A stretch of 64,000 nucleotides of DNA from Octopus sinensis (GCF_006345805.1 NC_042998.1:81468001-81532000); one strand, 5' to 3'; counted from the first letter of the stretch, positions 1-12,914 are shown. Notes: a model not told the origin generated them from the letters alone. Numbers and translations are program-made.

Positions 1-249
1 GTGTAGTGAGGAGAAGAGGGGGAGGGGGGGAGAAGAGGGGGAGAAGGGGGGGTAAGAAGAGGGGAGGAGAGGGGGAAGAGGAGAGGAGGGGGAGAAGGAA
101 GGGGAGAGGAAGGGGAGGGAGGGAGCAGAGGGAAGGGGAAGAGGGAAGGAGGGAGGGGGAAGAAGGGAAGGGGAGTAGGGGTGAAAGGATGAAGGACTGA
201 AGAAGTAGGGGTCGGGGGAAGGATAGGTGAGGAGGGGTGAGTAGGGGGG

Positions 250-3113
250 TTAGATGAGGAGGGGGGGAGAGTTGAGACCAAATGGCGTATAAAGCGAAGA
301 GAGAGATTAATTCCTGTTCACGGCGCAAACGGGAATCCGGATGGCCTCTGTGTAAGGACAAACCGAACACAGATAGGTGTTGCAAGGAGTGACCGGTGGA
401 GCGGAAATGGCGTGAGACCGGTGTGTCGTTCGCAAGGTGGATGTCACGAAGGTGTTCCGCGAACCGGTCAGCCAAGCGGCGTCCCGTTTTGTCGATGTAC
501 AAGGATTGCAGAGAGAGCAAGAGACGCAATAGATAATATTGCTGGAGGTGCAGGTGAAGGAGTGGATGATGGGATAGGGTCGATGGTGGGTGCTAGTGAG
601 GCGGGTGGTGTTGGAGAGGTAAGGGCAAGTGCGGCAACGTGGGCGGGAGCAGGGGAACGAGCCGGGTTGGGAGGTAGGGTCAGGGAAGGAGCTATGGACC
701 AAAAGGTCTCGAAGGTTTGGGCTCGTTTGAAAGAGGGGAGGGGTCGGTTAGGGAAGAGTGTGAAGTGGACGGGTCGGACTGGAGATGACGGAAAGCTCGA
801 AGAATGGTGCGTTGGAGACGTAGGGTCGTGGGGTGGTAAGTGAGGGGAAATGGGGCGGGAGACTACAGGGCGGGTTCGGGGAGAGAGAGATACACGGTCC
901 ACGGACCGTGCTCTGGCAAGGGCGGTGTGGATAGTGGTGAGGGGGTATCCACGTAGGGTGAAGTGGTTAGCCATACGTTGAGACTGAGTCTCAAAGTCAT
1001 GGTCGTCACTACAGAGCCTACGTAGACGGAGGAATTGGGAATAGGGGATGGAAAGCTTGGTGTGTTCTGGGTGGGAGGAAGAGAAGTTGAGGTATGAGTG
1101 TGAGTCTGTGTGTTTGTAGTGAATGGAGGTGGTAAGAGTGGAGTGAAGAATGCTAACCGAAATGTCGAGGAAGGAGACAGAGGTGTTGGAGATAGTGGAA
1201 GTGAAGTGGAGGGCTGGATGGAAAGATTGGACGAAAGAGAGGAAGGAATCTAGATGTTCACGGGCGAGTGAGGTGGCACCGATAATGTCGTCAATGTAAC
1301 GACCATATAGTTCAGGAGTGGGACCAGTGAAATTAGAGAATATTTGGGCCTCAACATAGCCAACGAACAGGTTCGCATAGTTGGGGCCCATTCGCGTTCC
1401 CATGGCCACTCCCGAGACCTGATGGTAGAACTCGCCCGCGAACGAGAAGCAGTTCAGAGTAAGGACAAGTTCGGCCAGACGAATGAGTGTGGAGGTGTCA
1501 GGTACAGGGTTAGAGCGGAGGTCAAGAAAGTGTCGAAGGGCCTGCAGTCCTTCGTGGTGAGGGATAACAGTATAGAGGCTTTGGATGTCCATAGTAAAAA
1601 GGATTTTGGATGAGCCGGGAGGAAAGGAGAAAGAGTTGAAAAGCCGGAGAGCATGGTTGGTATCGTGGATGTGGGAGGGAAGAGATGCCACTAGGGGGGC
1701 AAGGACACGGTCGAGGTATTTAGAGATGAGCTCCGTGGGGCAGTTACAGGCGGAGACGATGGGGCGGCCAGGGTTGTTGGGTTTGTGGATTTTGGGGAGG
1801 AAGTAAATGGTGGAGGTACGTGGGGTTCGCACAATTAGGTTGGATGCGGTGCGGGGGAGACGGGAGGACGAAATGGGGTCGTGGACAGTAGAATATACCG
1901 TCTGTTGGTAGCTACGTGTGGGGTTAGAGGGCAGAGGGGAATAGAAGGAGGTGTCATTGAGTTGGCGGAAATCCTCGGCCCTATAGAGGTCCGCGCGCCA
2001 CACCACTACAGCTCCACCCTTGTCAGCCGGTTTGATGATAATGTCAGCGCGCCGTTGGAGGGAACGAAGAGCCAAGAGCTCAGCCGGGGAGATGTTGAGG
2101 CGGCGTTGGCGCCTGGAGAAGTTGAACCGCTCCAATGCACGCTGACAAGCGCCCGCGAAAAATTCCACTGCTAGGAACTGGCCAGGGGCAGGAGTCCACG
2201 GGGATGGTCGGCGGCCCAGGCCAGTGAAGCAGTCCTCTTCGTTGGGTGTGGGTGGCGAGTCGTGGTAATGCGCACCCAACCGGACACGGCGCACAAAGCT
2301 GTGGACATCAACTCGCGTCTGGAATTCCTTACAGGATGGAGTGAGGGGGATGAAACGCAGACCCCTACCAAGGACGGAGCGTTCAGCCGCAGAGAGGGGA
2401 AGATCAGGGGGAATGGTAACAACAGACGGAAGTGGAGAAGGGGTGGGTGGAATAGAAGTAGGAGGGGTGGTAGGTCTCGTGGAGGTGTGTGGGGGTGGTG
2501 GGGGGCAGTAGGGTTAGGTGTAGGTGGATGGGGCCTATCGGGAGGGGAGAAGGGGTTGTAGGGAGGGGCAGTGGGGTTAGGTGTGGGTGGATGGAGCCTA
2601 TCGGGAGGGGAGAAGGGTGGTGGAGGAGTTGGGGTAGTGGCGTCGGGTAGGGTGGAATGGAAGAGTGATTGGAGTTTACGAAGTTTGGTATCAGAAAGAA
2701 ATTGATGGAAGAGTTGATTCAAATGGATAATGAAGCGTAGCGTGTTTGGAGCATAGAGAGGCGGCAGAGAGGAGAAGAAGGTGGAGAAAGCAGGAGAAGA
2801 AGGCGGTTGATGGCATGTAGTTAGAGAGATTGGAGCGAATGGTGCCCGCATAAGGCGTAAGATGTGGTGCGGAGTATGGGTAAGATGGAAAAATCCGAGT
2901 GGAGAGCAGGGTGGAGTGGAGGCGGAAACCTTTAGGGATGAGTCGGTGATGTAGGCAGCGGCTTAGGAAAGAGACATGGCTAGAGAAGCGGGTTTTTTAA
3001 AAAAGAAGTAGAGAGAGATTAACGGACGGCTGAAGGCAATATACAGGAAGTGAATGGAGATGATCCTTCAAACGGTGATGGAGGGTGAGGAGGTAGGACC
3101 TAGGATCCGGCAT
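250..3113 (-). pseudogene. PLE polyprotein (N-terminal domain, Pro-rich linker, RT, Cys-rich linker, GIY-YIG endonuclease), frameshifted
   Basis: ATG at 3113 (MPDPRSY...TRFSSHVSFLSRCLHHRLIPKGFRL); VLGRGLRFIP; RT motifs FTMDIQSLYT, GVAMGTRMGPNYANLF, YGRYIDDII; CSRPRCRTC linker; NIIYCVSCSLC..LYIDKTGRRLADRFAEH (YIGET mutated to YIDKT); ends ...PFGLNSPPLI* at 250. Several frameshifts. Confidence 0.92.
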
Positions 3114-3838
3114 GATGGGATAGCGGAAAAAAAACAAACGTTCGAAAAAACAAAAAAAACAAAAAACAAAAAATTATCGTATGAAAAAAATAGAAAAAAG
3201 GGGAAAAAATAAACGTTCAAAAAAACAAAAAGATAATAAAAAAATAAAAAAAATAATAATCGTATGAAAAAACTAGATAAGTAAGCGATAGGGGCAGAAA
3301 AGACGGGGCAAACGGAAAAGGGAAAGAAAGAAGGGAAGCAGAGAGAGGGGGAGGCAAAAAAGGGGGGTGCAGGCAGAGGAAACGGAGTATGGACATCCAG
3401 AGAGGGAAGAAAGACGGAAAGGAGAACAAAAATGCAGGAAAATGTGGAAATCATGAAATGAATGTAAAAAAAAGGTGGTAATAAAGAAAAATAAAAATAC
3501 AACAAGGGACAGTTTATGCGAACAAGTTCAAGGTTGAAAGTTCCAGGTGAGAAATGTGTAGACGTCGTGTATATTTTTTAAGGATTTCACATCAATGCAA
3601 AGTCACTTTGATCCGCGAAAGAGAGGTGCAGCCAATGGTAAGTATCCAAGAGGTAAAGAAAATCCAAGGTAGAGGTAAGTGTTGATAGTGGTATTGGTAG
3701 AATATAGGATGAAAGTGAGACCACGTGAGGGCATAATATATAACGGGAAGCTTTATGAAAATAGACAAAAGACGAAGGCAGGTGGAAAACAAACAAACAA
3801 TTGTATTAGTATGGCGCTCAGGAAATAAATAAAACAAG

Positions 3839-3876
3839 TCTTTAACGTTTCGAGCCTACGCTCTTCAACAGAAAGA
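3839..3876 (-). ncRNA. Minimal type I hammerhead motif H1 (core CUGUUGA, site GUU)
   Basis: UCUUU-CUGUUGA-A-GAGC(GUAG)GCUC-GAAAC-GUU-AAAGA: 5-bp stem I, 4-bp stem II, palindromic stem III (ACGU); lies in the PLE 5' region. Confidence 0.75.
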
Positions 3877-4139
3877 TACACAGAGAGAAAAAAAACACAG
3901 AAAGAAGGAGAGAAAAAAAATGCGTGCAGTAACTAACGAATCAACATGGCGATCTGATTTCGGCCAGAAGTCAAAGATCAAACATGAGACGCGAGAGCGA
4001 AATAAGGGGAGATAATAGGGTTGATAACAGGGTTGAATGACCACCTATTAGTGCGTAGGAGGGGTCTGGACGTGTGTATGTATAGGGTTGGTGTATGTAT
4101 TAGTATGTATAAGGGTGTGTGTGTGTGTGTGTATATGCC

Positions 4140-4385
4140 TTTCCCTTCGAAATAGAGGCGACTGAAGAAGGGAAATTTTCCTTGTGTTGTATGTCTTGTA
4201 CTCTGTTTTTTCGTTGTTTAAAAAATGTCCGTTTTCTTGTTTTGTTTTTATGTTTTCGTTTCCCATTGTGTTCGACGTTTTTTTGGTGTCCTATACACAT
4301 ATATGCATGTATATATACATATAGATGTAGGTACGTACATATATGTATGTATATATGCATATGTTTTATTTATCATTTTGTTATT
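4140..4385 (+). repeat. Dispersed repeat, probable PLE terminal-repeat (pLTR) derivative; same family as 54390-54655, related to 18450-18545
   Basis: Shared text ctgaagaaggg...ccttgtgttgtatgtcttgtactct...gtcctrtacmcatatatgcatg. Confidence 0.65.
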
Positions 4386-4664
4386 ATATATACATATATA
4401 TATATGAGTGTGCGTGTGTGTATGTGTGTTTGCATATATAGACACATTTCTTTATGTGACACTCACATACACACATACATCGTATATATATATAAAGTGA
4501 TGGTTTATTGCCAACTTAATGTGGCAGTCCCAGCAACGAGAAGAATGCTACTGCTATTTAGCCCCAGGAAATACCGTTTCCAGTTGTCTATGTGAGACAA
4601 GCGTACTGTGTTCTTAAGTTTTCAAACAGGAGAGATAAGCACTTCCACTCAGGGAAGCTAGCTT

Positions 4665-4705
4665 TCATAGACTAGTTTCAGGGTCATTACTCTTCATCAG
4701 TCTGG
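4665..4705 (-). ncRNA. Minimal hammerhead H2 (CUGAUGA, site GUC; stems partly decayed)
   Basis: CCAGA-CUGAUGA-AGAGU(AAUG)ACCCU-GAAAC-UA-GUC-UAUGA; palindromic stem III ACUAGU. Confidence 0.75.
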
Positions 4706-4931
4706 AGTAGCTTGGCTTTCTAGCTGTCGATGCCTATTCACCTTTGAAAACATAAAATTTCAAGTGAAATAAATTCATGGAATTACAAAATTAGAAACAT
4801 TGCATTTCTAAATCTTTCAGAGAGACTTATACAACATCAGCACGATAAAGTGATGGTTTGGCGCCAACTTAATGTGGCAGCCCTAGTTTTCAAAGTTGAA
4901 TAAGCATCAACAGCTAGCAAGCCAAGCTACT

Positions 4932-4972
4932 CCAGACTTATGAAGAGTAATGACTCTGAAACTAGTCTCTGG
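4932..4972 (+). ncRNA. Minimal hammerhead H3 (core mutated to CUUAUGA; stems perfect)
   Basis: CCAGA-CUUAUGA-AGAGU(AAUG)ACUCU-GAAAC-UA-GUC-UCUGG. Confidence 0.78.
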
Positions 4973-5562
4973 TTTCTGGCTTTGCTGGGTTACGGGGCTT
5001 ATCTCCCCTATTTGAAAACTTAAGGACACAGTACGCCTGTGACACATAGCCAACTGGAAACGATGTTCCCTGGGGCTAGATAGCAGTAGCATTTTTCCCT
5101 TTGCTGGAACTGCCACATTAATTTGGCAGCAAACCGTCGCTTTATCGTGCTACTATTGTATAAGTCCCTCTGAGAGAATTTAGAAATGCAACATTTCTAA
5201 TTATATATATATATATATACACGTGTGTGTGTGTGTGTGTATGTATTAGCTTGTAAAATGTACTATGTAATTTATAAAGCACTATGCAATTTACATCATA
5301 TACACAAGTGCCCACATGTAAAATAACTTATACACTAAACTAAAGCCATTGCTGCAAAATCACTGATTGTCGTCTGGTTTTCTACGTATTGCGAGCTAGA
5401 GAAAAATCCTGCTATGTCTAGTGGCCGGGTTTTCACTGGTGAAGATGGGAACAAACAGCTCGAAAGTTTTTCGGCCTGATGATCTCGTGGTCTGCTAGAA
5501 GATGGTAAGGGTTCGCTCCCCTGCTTGCAATATATACCTGGTGCATATTGGATCGATAACTA

Positions 5563-5993
5563 AAAAATCTAAAAGAAAACCTCACAAGAGTAAAATTCAC
5601 ATCAGAGAATGTATCAGGATTCTCCGTACAAGAATATGGAGGTTGCAGATGTGGAACATGTAACAATGACAACTTCAAATGTTTAGGAAATGGTTCCCAC
5701 ATAGTAAATGCAGATATAAACTGCAAGACACAGAGTCTCATATGCTGCATTGCTTTCCCTAGCTGCAAGGAAAATTACACAGGCGAAACAAACAATTCCC
5801 TCTGCCAACGTACAAGAATCCACAGACAACACACAAGACAAGACGAATTGCTCTGAGAAAGCATCTATAATCTACGGTGAAGGTAAGTTCAAAATCTTTC
5901 CCTTTGACAAATGTTTAAGAGATGACCCCACAGTTCCGAAGAGCAATGGAATTATATTTCATCAAAATATTCTCTCCAAAACTAAATGTTTGA
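5563..5993 (+). pseudogene. PLE 3' fragment (Cys linker + GIY-YIG endonuclease), degenerate
   Basis: KNLKENLTRVKF...GGCRCGTC...CKENYTGETNNSLCQRTRIHRQH...KFKIFPF...RRAMELYFIKIFSPKLNV* across frames. Confidence 0.8.
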
Positions 5994-6624
5994 AAGAGAA
6001 ACAGAAGAACTACATTTTGTCGGAAAGATTGGAAAGAGAAACGGAAGCAATGCGCATGATCACCCCTCTAAATGAAACAAACTATGAACATTACATGGTT
6101 CACTCACACAAATGCTGTGCCCAGCTAATACAAGGGAGAACTAATGCAAATGAATGCTACCATGATCGTTGTATTTCTGTCTAACACTATTCACATACCA
6201 TATAAGGTGACATCAACGTGTGCTAGATTATTTTCGTGTGTGACAAGAAAGCTTCTTCATGATCATTTTACCACTTGACTATTATTTTCTTAATAGTAAT
6301 GATGATGGATAAAGAGAAAACATCTATATTACACTGTTACTGATATTTCTGAATATTGCTCCAATGTTAATAACGTGTCATCTCTATAAATGATCAGATA
6401 TATATCATTGGAATTTTGACAACTGTTGTTCTTATGGAATTTACATATACTCGAGAAACCATACTAGAACCATTTTACCACTGATAAGGTAAATTTGTGG
6501 AAAAGATCACTTTTGAATTATCTTATCCAAGCAAGCAAGAAAAAGAAAAAGAAATCCCGCGAAAAGATGAAAGTTACTCAAAAATATATTTAAGCAGACC
6601 ATGCTTTTTCATATAATTTATATC

Positions 6625-7290
6625 CTACAGCGTGGCTTCCAGATAAATATACAAAATGCATATTACAAAACTCATTTTTTGGAAACGACATGCTTGGCAT
6701 TCGAGTCGGAGGCTGCAATAGGAACATTTCAGAATATTTGCATGTTAATCAGAGGTCAATCCAGATGATTCGGAAAGAATTGAATGAGTCAAATGCTGAT
6801 TACGAAGATATGGCAATTCGGGAAACTCACGCTGATCGTTATAAGAAAAGCACTCCTGAATTTGTTAGTGAGATCCAACCATGATTGGCAACGATCCCTC
6901 CAAGTCAATCAGGTCTATCGCCAGGGATATAGGAGTGTCTGAGTTATTTATCAGGCAGGTAGTGCATGAAGACATTCGGTATTCCTCATACAAGATGAGA
7001 AAGGGCCAATTTTATCCCAAGCCATCAAAGAGAACATCTGCCCACCCCCAACTCCCCAGACTACTACCCCCTTTATTATTATGTACGTGGCGCAGTTGCG
7101 CGAGAGAGCAAAAAAACAAAAGAAAACTCCTTGTAATACCAAAGGAGACCGCCCAGAAGAGTTGCAGGAGATTCCGAAGCCGTCTGGAGATCATGGTTCA
7201 AGCCAATGGCGATTTTACTGAATAAATTTACTCTTTCCTATTTCAAGATATTTGTATGTAATTTGGTAAATATAGTTGTTAAACTGAGAT
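6625..7290 (+). mobile_element. Mariner-like (maT/DD37D-type) transposon remnant, internally deleted
   Basis: DPSKSIRSIARDIGVSE...VVHEDIRYSSYKMRKGQF joined to a degenerate PPNSPDxNPxxYYV.GAV motif and CRRFRSRLEIMVQANGDFTE*; central catalytic region missing. Confidence 0.8.
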
Positions 7291-7349
7291 GTCAGTGTTA
7301 TATATATGTATATAATGAGCTGATATAGTACTAATCAGCTACATCAATT

Positions 7350-7605
7350 ATTAATTTGTGAGCTCTACTTGTTAGTAAAAATCACTTCTTTTATTCTCAG
7401 TTGCCCAGTGTTTCTTTCTGTAGCTTCTATGGAAACTTGGAAGTCTTGGGTGTTGTGTCCCATTAGGGAGTTTTTAAAGGAAACGTTATTAGTAAGAAGT
7501 GCACTTTAAAACGTATGTCAAATTTTGTGATGTTGTTTCCCATGAAAGATTCATTACATTTGCTGCATGGGACATCATACATCATGTAGGACAGCAAACA
7601 TATTT
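7350..7605 (-). pseudogene. PLE GIY-YIG endonuclease fragment (Penelope/Poseidon-like), degenerate
   Basis: MYDVPCSKCNESFMG...FDIRFKVH...VSIEATERNTGQLRIKEVIFTNK*SSQIN. Confidence 0.65.
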
Positions 7606-7778
7606 TCATCTTTGATCGACATAAATATGTACATACATACACGCATACATACATACATACATACTTACATAATACATACATACATACATACATATATACA
7701 TACATACATACATACATACAAATATACATACATACATACATACATGCATGCATGCATACATACATACATACATACAGC

Positions 7779-8347
7779 GAAGATATCACCCGCATCATAA
7801 GCAGTTGTCTGAAAATGTCATCATGGTATTATCTACTGATGAGGCATGATGTTGTGGCTAGGACACTTTATAATGCAATCTGTCTGAAGGGTAACCCCGA
7901 GTATAAAAAATAAGAACCCGCAGTATGATAGAAACCATAGCCACTCATAATAAAAAGGAGTCCTGGTGTAATGTCACAGTGAAGACCTAAATAAAATATA
8001 AGCGCAACAGACCTGATATGATGATTTGGGATAGAAAAGTGAAACTGTGTACAGTAGTGGAAATTAGTTGCACAGCCGATATTAATATAATACTGAAGAT
8101 CAGCGAAAAAGAGAATACCTACGCTGAACTATTGAGAAATCTTCAGTTGCTCTATCCAGATTACAAGTTCAGATTTATAATTGTAATTATTGGAGCCCTG
8201 GGATATGTAATACACTGCCTAAATACCAATCTTGAGAAATTAGGCTTCTAAAAACCTAAAAGAAGAAAGCTAATTTGAAGACTTCAGGTCCAATCTATCA
8301 CAGGAAGTGTAAAAATCTGTAAAACTTTGCAGAAGATTATCATTTGA
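7779..8347 (+). pseudogene. 3' fragment of an RLE-type non-LTR retrotransposon (R4/Dong/NeSL-like)
   Basis: End of CCHC knuckle (EDITRIISSC...RHDVVA) and PD-(D/E)xK-like NRPDMMIWD...VVEISC...IIGALG...VKICKTLQKII*. Confidence 0.85.
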
Positions 8348-8454
8348 ATATATATAAGCATGTCTCTATATGCAACTAGTTTCATAAGAATACATACATA
8401 AAACAAAACATACAAATCTGCACATATACGTACATACATGCATACATACCTATA

Positions 8455-8503
<49 letters not shown>

Positions 8504-8579
8504 TCATATGATCTATTTATAGCTCTCTCATCTCTGTATGCATATAAACACATACATGCATGCATAACAACATACATAC

Positions 8580-8631
<52 letters not shown>

Positions 8632-9004
8632 ACTATAATAATATATCATAATAATATAGCATGGAAATTGCGCGCAAGGGAAATAATATTCTTCAGATTA
8701 TAAACCTGGATTACACTTGGAAAAGTTCAGGACAAGTTACTAAATCTGACAAAGTTTTACATAAAATATTTCAGCTAAATTTGAAATAAAATATTTTCAT
8801 TTAGAAAATATCAGCTTTTATTAAAAGTTATTATTTCTATTTGTTATTACTCGTTATAAATTTAACTTAAAATATGTTTTGCACCTTGAAAAATTCACTT
8901 TTTTAATTATCAATTGATAATTAGAAATTTGAAAATAGGTTATAAAAAATAATATTGTTAGTACAATAAACAGAACGATGCAAAAATTAATTATATATTA
9001 TAGT

Positions 9005-9320
9005 TAACATCTACCTATAATAACAAATTCATAGAGGCACATTGCGACACAATTTCTTTTCTTCAGCAGGCTCTGCCCTGTTTAACATTCTCCCAAGAGT
9101 GATCAAAGAGGAAAAGGATCCCATCACCTTTAAACAGAGTCTAGACAAATTTCTTCAAGGAATACCAGACAAGCCATTCATACCTGGATATAACTCACTG
9201 AACAAGAACTGACTACTTGAATGGGCCATAAACAAAACTTGACTGAGAAAGAATTTAGATAATCCTATCAGGTGGTTCTATTACGTTAGACATAGCCTGG
9301 ACCAATCTTTAATCGAAACA
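9005..9320 (+). mobile_element. 3' end of a CR1/L2-group LINE
   Basis: SAGSALFNILPRVIKEEKDPITFKQSLDKFLQGIPDKPFIPGYNSLNKN*LLEW followed by 3' tail. Confidence 0.75.
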
Positions 9321-9332
9321 TATATATATATA

Positions 9333-9716
9333 CTAGCAGTATCGCCCGGCGTTGCTCAGGTTTGTAAGGAAATAACTATAAAGCATTTTTAGAGAGTTAT
9401 AGCCAAAAAATAGCAAAAAATAGAAAAAAAAATGATGGTAAATTTTTTTTTGAGAGTAAAAAAAGGTTGAGTTGCGTCCCCTAGACAGTCTGTGGTTTAT
9501 TTTTTTTGATTCTCGACCCCATGTCGATTTATCGATTTTTTTCAGAACTGGGGGAACTTTTCAAAATTTTCGCTGCGTTAGTTTTGAATTATGACATGGG
9601 CTATGTGTGTGTCAAGTTTCATCAGAATCGGTTGAAAGCCGTGGTCAGAGTGAGGGTACGAGAAAACAGACACACAGAAACACGCACAGACAAACTGCCG
9701 TTTATATAGAGAGAGA
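9333..9716 (-). mobile_element. Non-autonomous Helitron-like element (Lep1/HINE-type)
   Basis: On minus strand A|TC start, CTAG|T end, GC-rich subterminal hairpin remnant, internal aagtttcatcagaatcgg motif and (GACA)-like microsatellite. Confidence 0.75.
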
Positions 9717-9799
9717 TATATATATATATAAAAAATGGAGTTTAACGCAGGTTTTATACAAGTCTTTATACTTCAAAATATATTTCGAAGAAAACATTC

Positions 9800-9866
<67 letters not shown>

Positions 9867-9878
9867 CTATATATGTAA

Positions 9879-9909
<31 letters not shown>

Positions 9910-10054
9910 GGAGGGAGAGACAGACAGAGGGAGAAATACAGAGAGAGATATGGATAGATAGATTGATAGATAGATGTAGACATAGATACATTGCTATATG
10001 AATACATATATTTCAAGCAATACCCACATAAACTCACATCCATGTAGAGAACCG

Positions 10055-10085
<31 letters not shown>

Positions 10086-12855
10086 TTATTTTTATTGCTT
10101 ATACAAGCGTGTGTTTGTGTTGATATTTGTGAATGTGTGTGTGTTTACATAATTCGCACAATGCCACAACAATACACACAGATACACTGCAATAATTTTC
10201 CCTTTCTTCATATTTTCCTCCCCTTTGACTCTGTTACTTCTTTTTTTCCTTCTTGCTTTCCTTGCTTTCTTTAAAGACTATATCTGTATTTGTTAAATAT
10301 TTGTACGTTTTTCCCCCATGCATTTCATTTGCATACAAGTAAGATTGATTTGAAATATTCTCTATTGACGCATTACATACTAATACTTTTCCTAGGGGCT
10401 TTTCCAGAAGATCTTTCTTACATTTTATATGTTCAGAGGATTTGTAAATTGGGCTTTGGTTTGATAAGTGCTGTCAAACCAATCTCTTAGCCCCTGGGTG
10501 AATTATTTAGGTGATAAATATAATAGAATAGGAAATATGCATACATGCATATATACATAAACACATATATACTTACATACACATGTAAGATATCAATAGA
10601 GAGATAGATATCATTCTAGCAGATTAAGTCTTCTGCTTCAATGCTATGAACGTACCAACAAATTTGTTAGTCATGATGGTATATTCTGATAAACGCAGCA
10701 GATTTCTATATCTAAAATCAGCAGCATTATCCATCAAAAGGTTATATCGTTTAAGTAGGCTACAAGAATGAAAGCACACTCGTAATACACAAGATAAACA
10801 AAAGCAGAGGGCACTAAATATAGTGGCAAGGATCAAATTACTCACTAAAAGACAACACTAATATTCAAAAGTGTGTTCGCCCAAACCGCAAAACCTTATA
10901 GAAGAATACTACATATAAATTTACACCAGGACATAATTTAACTGCAAGCAAAATAACACACAAAAAACAAAAATAAAAACAAAATTCAAATTCACCTATT
11001 TATCAAGGTATTTATTACAGCTGTTATATATAATGAATTCAAAGAAGATTACATATGCAAATGAAACTCAACTTGATCAACAGATTCGATATTCATAGGC
11101 AACAAATACGAAATTCTAAAACCAGACAAATTCTTCTAAGTCAGCATTTAGTACTGTGTACAGGAAACAGATTCCCAAAATTTGAGTGTCATAACCTTAA
11201 CATTGCATTTCGCCGGTATTCTAGGTTAAGCTGTCCAACGCAAATGGTGTGGACCTTATCCATTACTGTTTTACTTTTGTTCAATTATACCTTTATCGTA
11301 CTGTAAAGTGTGATCAGTTCCAATGTCTACAATTATTAGTCTTTCTAACCTACACTAGTCTCAATTTCTTCTTGCAATAATTTTGTTCCATCGTGCTACA
11401 GTAAATATTTCATATATTACATCGTTTTCTTCTGGTGATAAGTCTTTTCATTCTGCAAATTTCTCAGTTTCAGTGTTTCTTTCATCTATGTTTCCGTGTG
11501 ATGAAACTTCTTCTTTGGGCAATTATTCTATTATTCTCCTAGCCAGTACATCATGCAATGCACTATGTTTTATGTGATTTCTTAAACGATCGTTTCTTAT
11601 TCTGTTCTCGCGTTTATATTAATTTCCTCGTAACAAAAGACGTTTCCTGCGTTTGACACTGCAGTTATTTTGCAGGTGAAATTTCACATGAATTTTGTTT
11701 TTGTTGTAAAGTGAGTTCCTCTAACTGCTGTGATGTGTGGCTGCTCTTGTACTGTAGTTGCTATTTTTCGATAGTAGCCACAATAATTATTGGTCATCGG
11801 ATACCGTTGTAACTCTTCGTACCGGAATAGTAAAACACTAATTTCTGTCTTCGACAATAGCTCCACAAGACACCACCTAGAACTGTGACTCACAACTCTT
11901 CGACTCCCTCCCGACCCTCTCTTGACGACCGGCTACTGGTCTATTTATAATGGCTGGATCCACCACTTCTTACAGGGAGGAATATACACTTTCAATATAC
12001 AAGTTTTTCTCTTTGTATGTATTTTTATTTCCTGTATCTGTTTCATCACTTTATCGCTCAGTTTCTTCCAGCTTATTGTTTTACAAAGTAATTATTTAGG
12101 AAACTGTACACAAACGTTCGTTTCTTTTAGTATATATTCACCGTTTTGGAAAACAGCATTTTTTAAATGTATGTTATATAAGTGACCTAGAAATGTCTTT
12201 AGTGACACTGTCATTCGTTGGTTGAGAAAAAGAAATAAAGGAACTTAAAATACGGTAAGAAATGCTTACACGGCTAAGCATTGACATTTTTCTTGTTCAG
12301 TATAAATTCATTTAACAATTGAGAAAATTTTTATGCGTGCAAAATACTGTAAACATTTATGCAATCTGCTCTTGCGGTTACATTGATAATCACAATTTTT
12401 TCTCTCCACGAAGAACTGGACTTAGTCTCTAACACTACCATCTCACACCAGTTGTTCTTGCTCGTTCTTTCTACTGCTTACACTAACTAACTTATCTCAG
12501 ACTGTCGTCTGAAACTGACTGCTATTTGACAGAGTTTAGAATTTATTAGACTTCTTATTTCTTATGATTAATTTGCTGATATTCAAAGAGAAAGACACGT
12601 TCATCTATTTTACTTACATGACACTCAGCACTTATTCAAGAGAGAAAATGTAATTGTTTTCAAAATTGTACTGAAATATCTAACTTCAACTCGTATGGTC
12701 ATTCAACTCCAGCTTTAATTTTCTTTACCTTACTCCTAAAGAACAAGGACAAAGAACCAACACACATGAGCCATCATACATGCGTGCATACGAACACAAA
12801 CAGAAATATATGTGTAATGTCTTGATTTTATATATACATACATGCATACATAATG

Positions 12856-12911
<56 letters not shown>

Positions 12912-12914
12912 AAG

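Larger units (their letters stand above)
1..4075 (-). mobile_element. Penelope-like retroelement, Neptune-type (RT + C-terminal GIY-YIG), near full length; 3' end runs off the window start
   Basis: Minus-strand ORF remnant 250-3113; 5' non-coding region 3114-4075 with an HHR; pyrimidine-rich 3' region on the element strand. Confidence 0.92.
4493..5200. mobile_element. Non-coding HHR-bearing element: ~353-nt unit in partial tandem (minus, 4493-4883) plus inverted copy (plus, 4886-5200)
   Basis: taaagtgatggttt...gtggcag occurs at 4493 and 4846 (period 353); 4886-5200 is the reverse complement of 4789-4883 and 4493-4750; each orientation holds one HHR. Confidence 0.85.

Noticed and set aside
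6-2561. Plus-strand ORFs rich in G/R/E (6-200, 412-843, 2262-2561 and others)
   Set aside because: Antisense shadows of the C-rich PLE strand; no domain motifs.
5425-5510. HHR-like traces CUGGUGAAGA..GCUCGAAAG and CUGAUGAUCU..AGA
   Set aside because: Stems I and III cannot be formed, and the second lacks GAAA.
10620-12000. Possible decayed coding sequence on minus strand (YKRENRIRND...) with a TATA-like tataaata near 11945
   Set aside because: Stop density is near the expectation for AT-rich DNA and I recognise no family motif.
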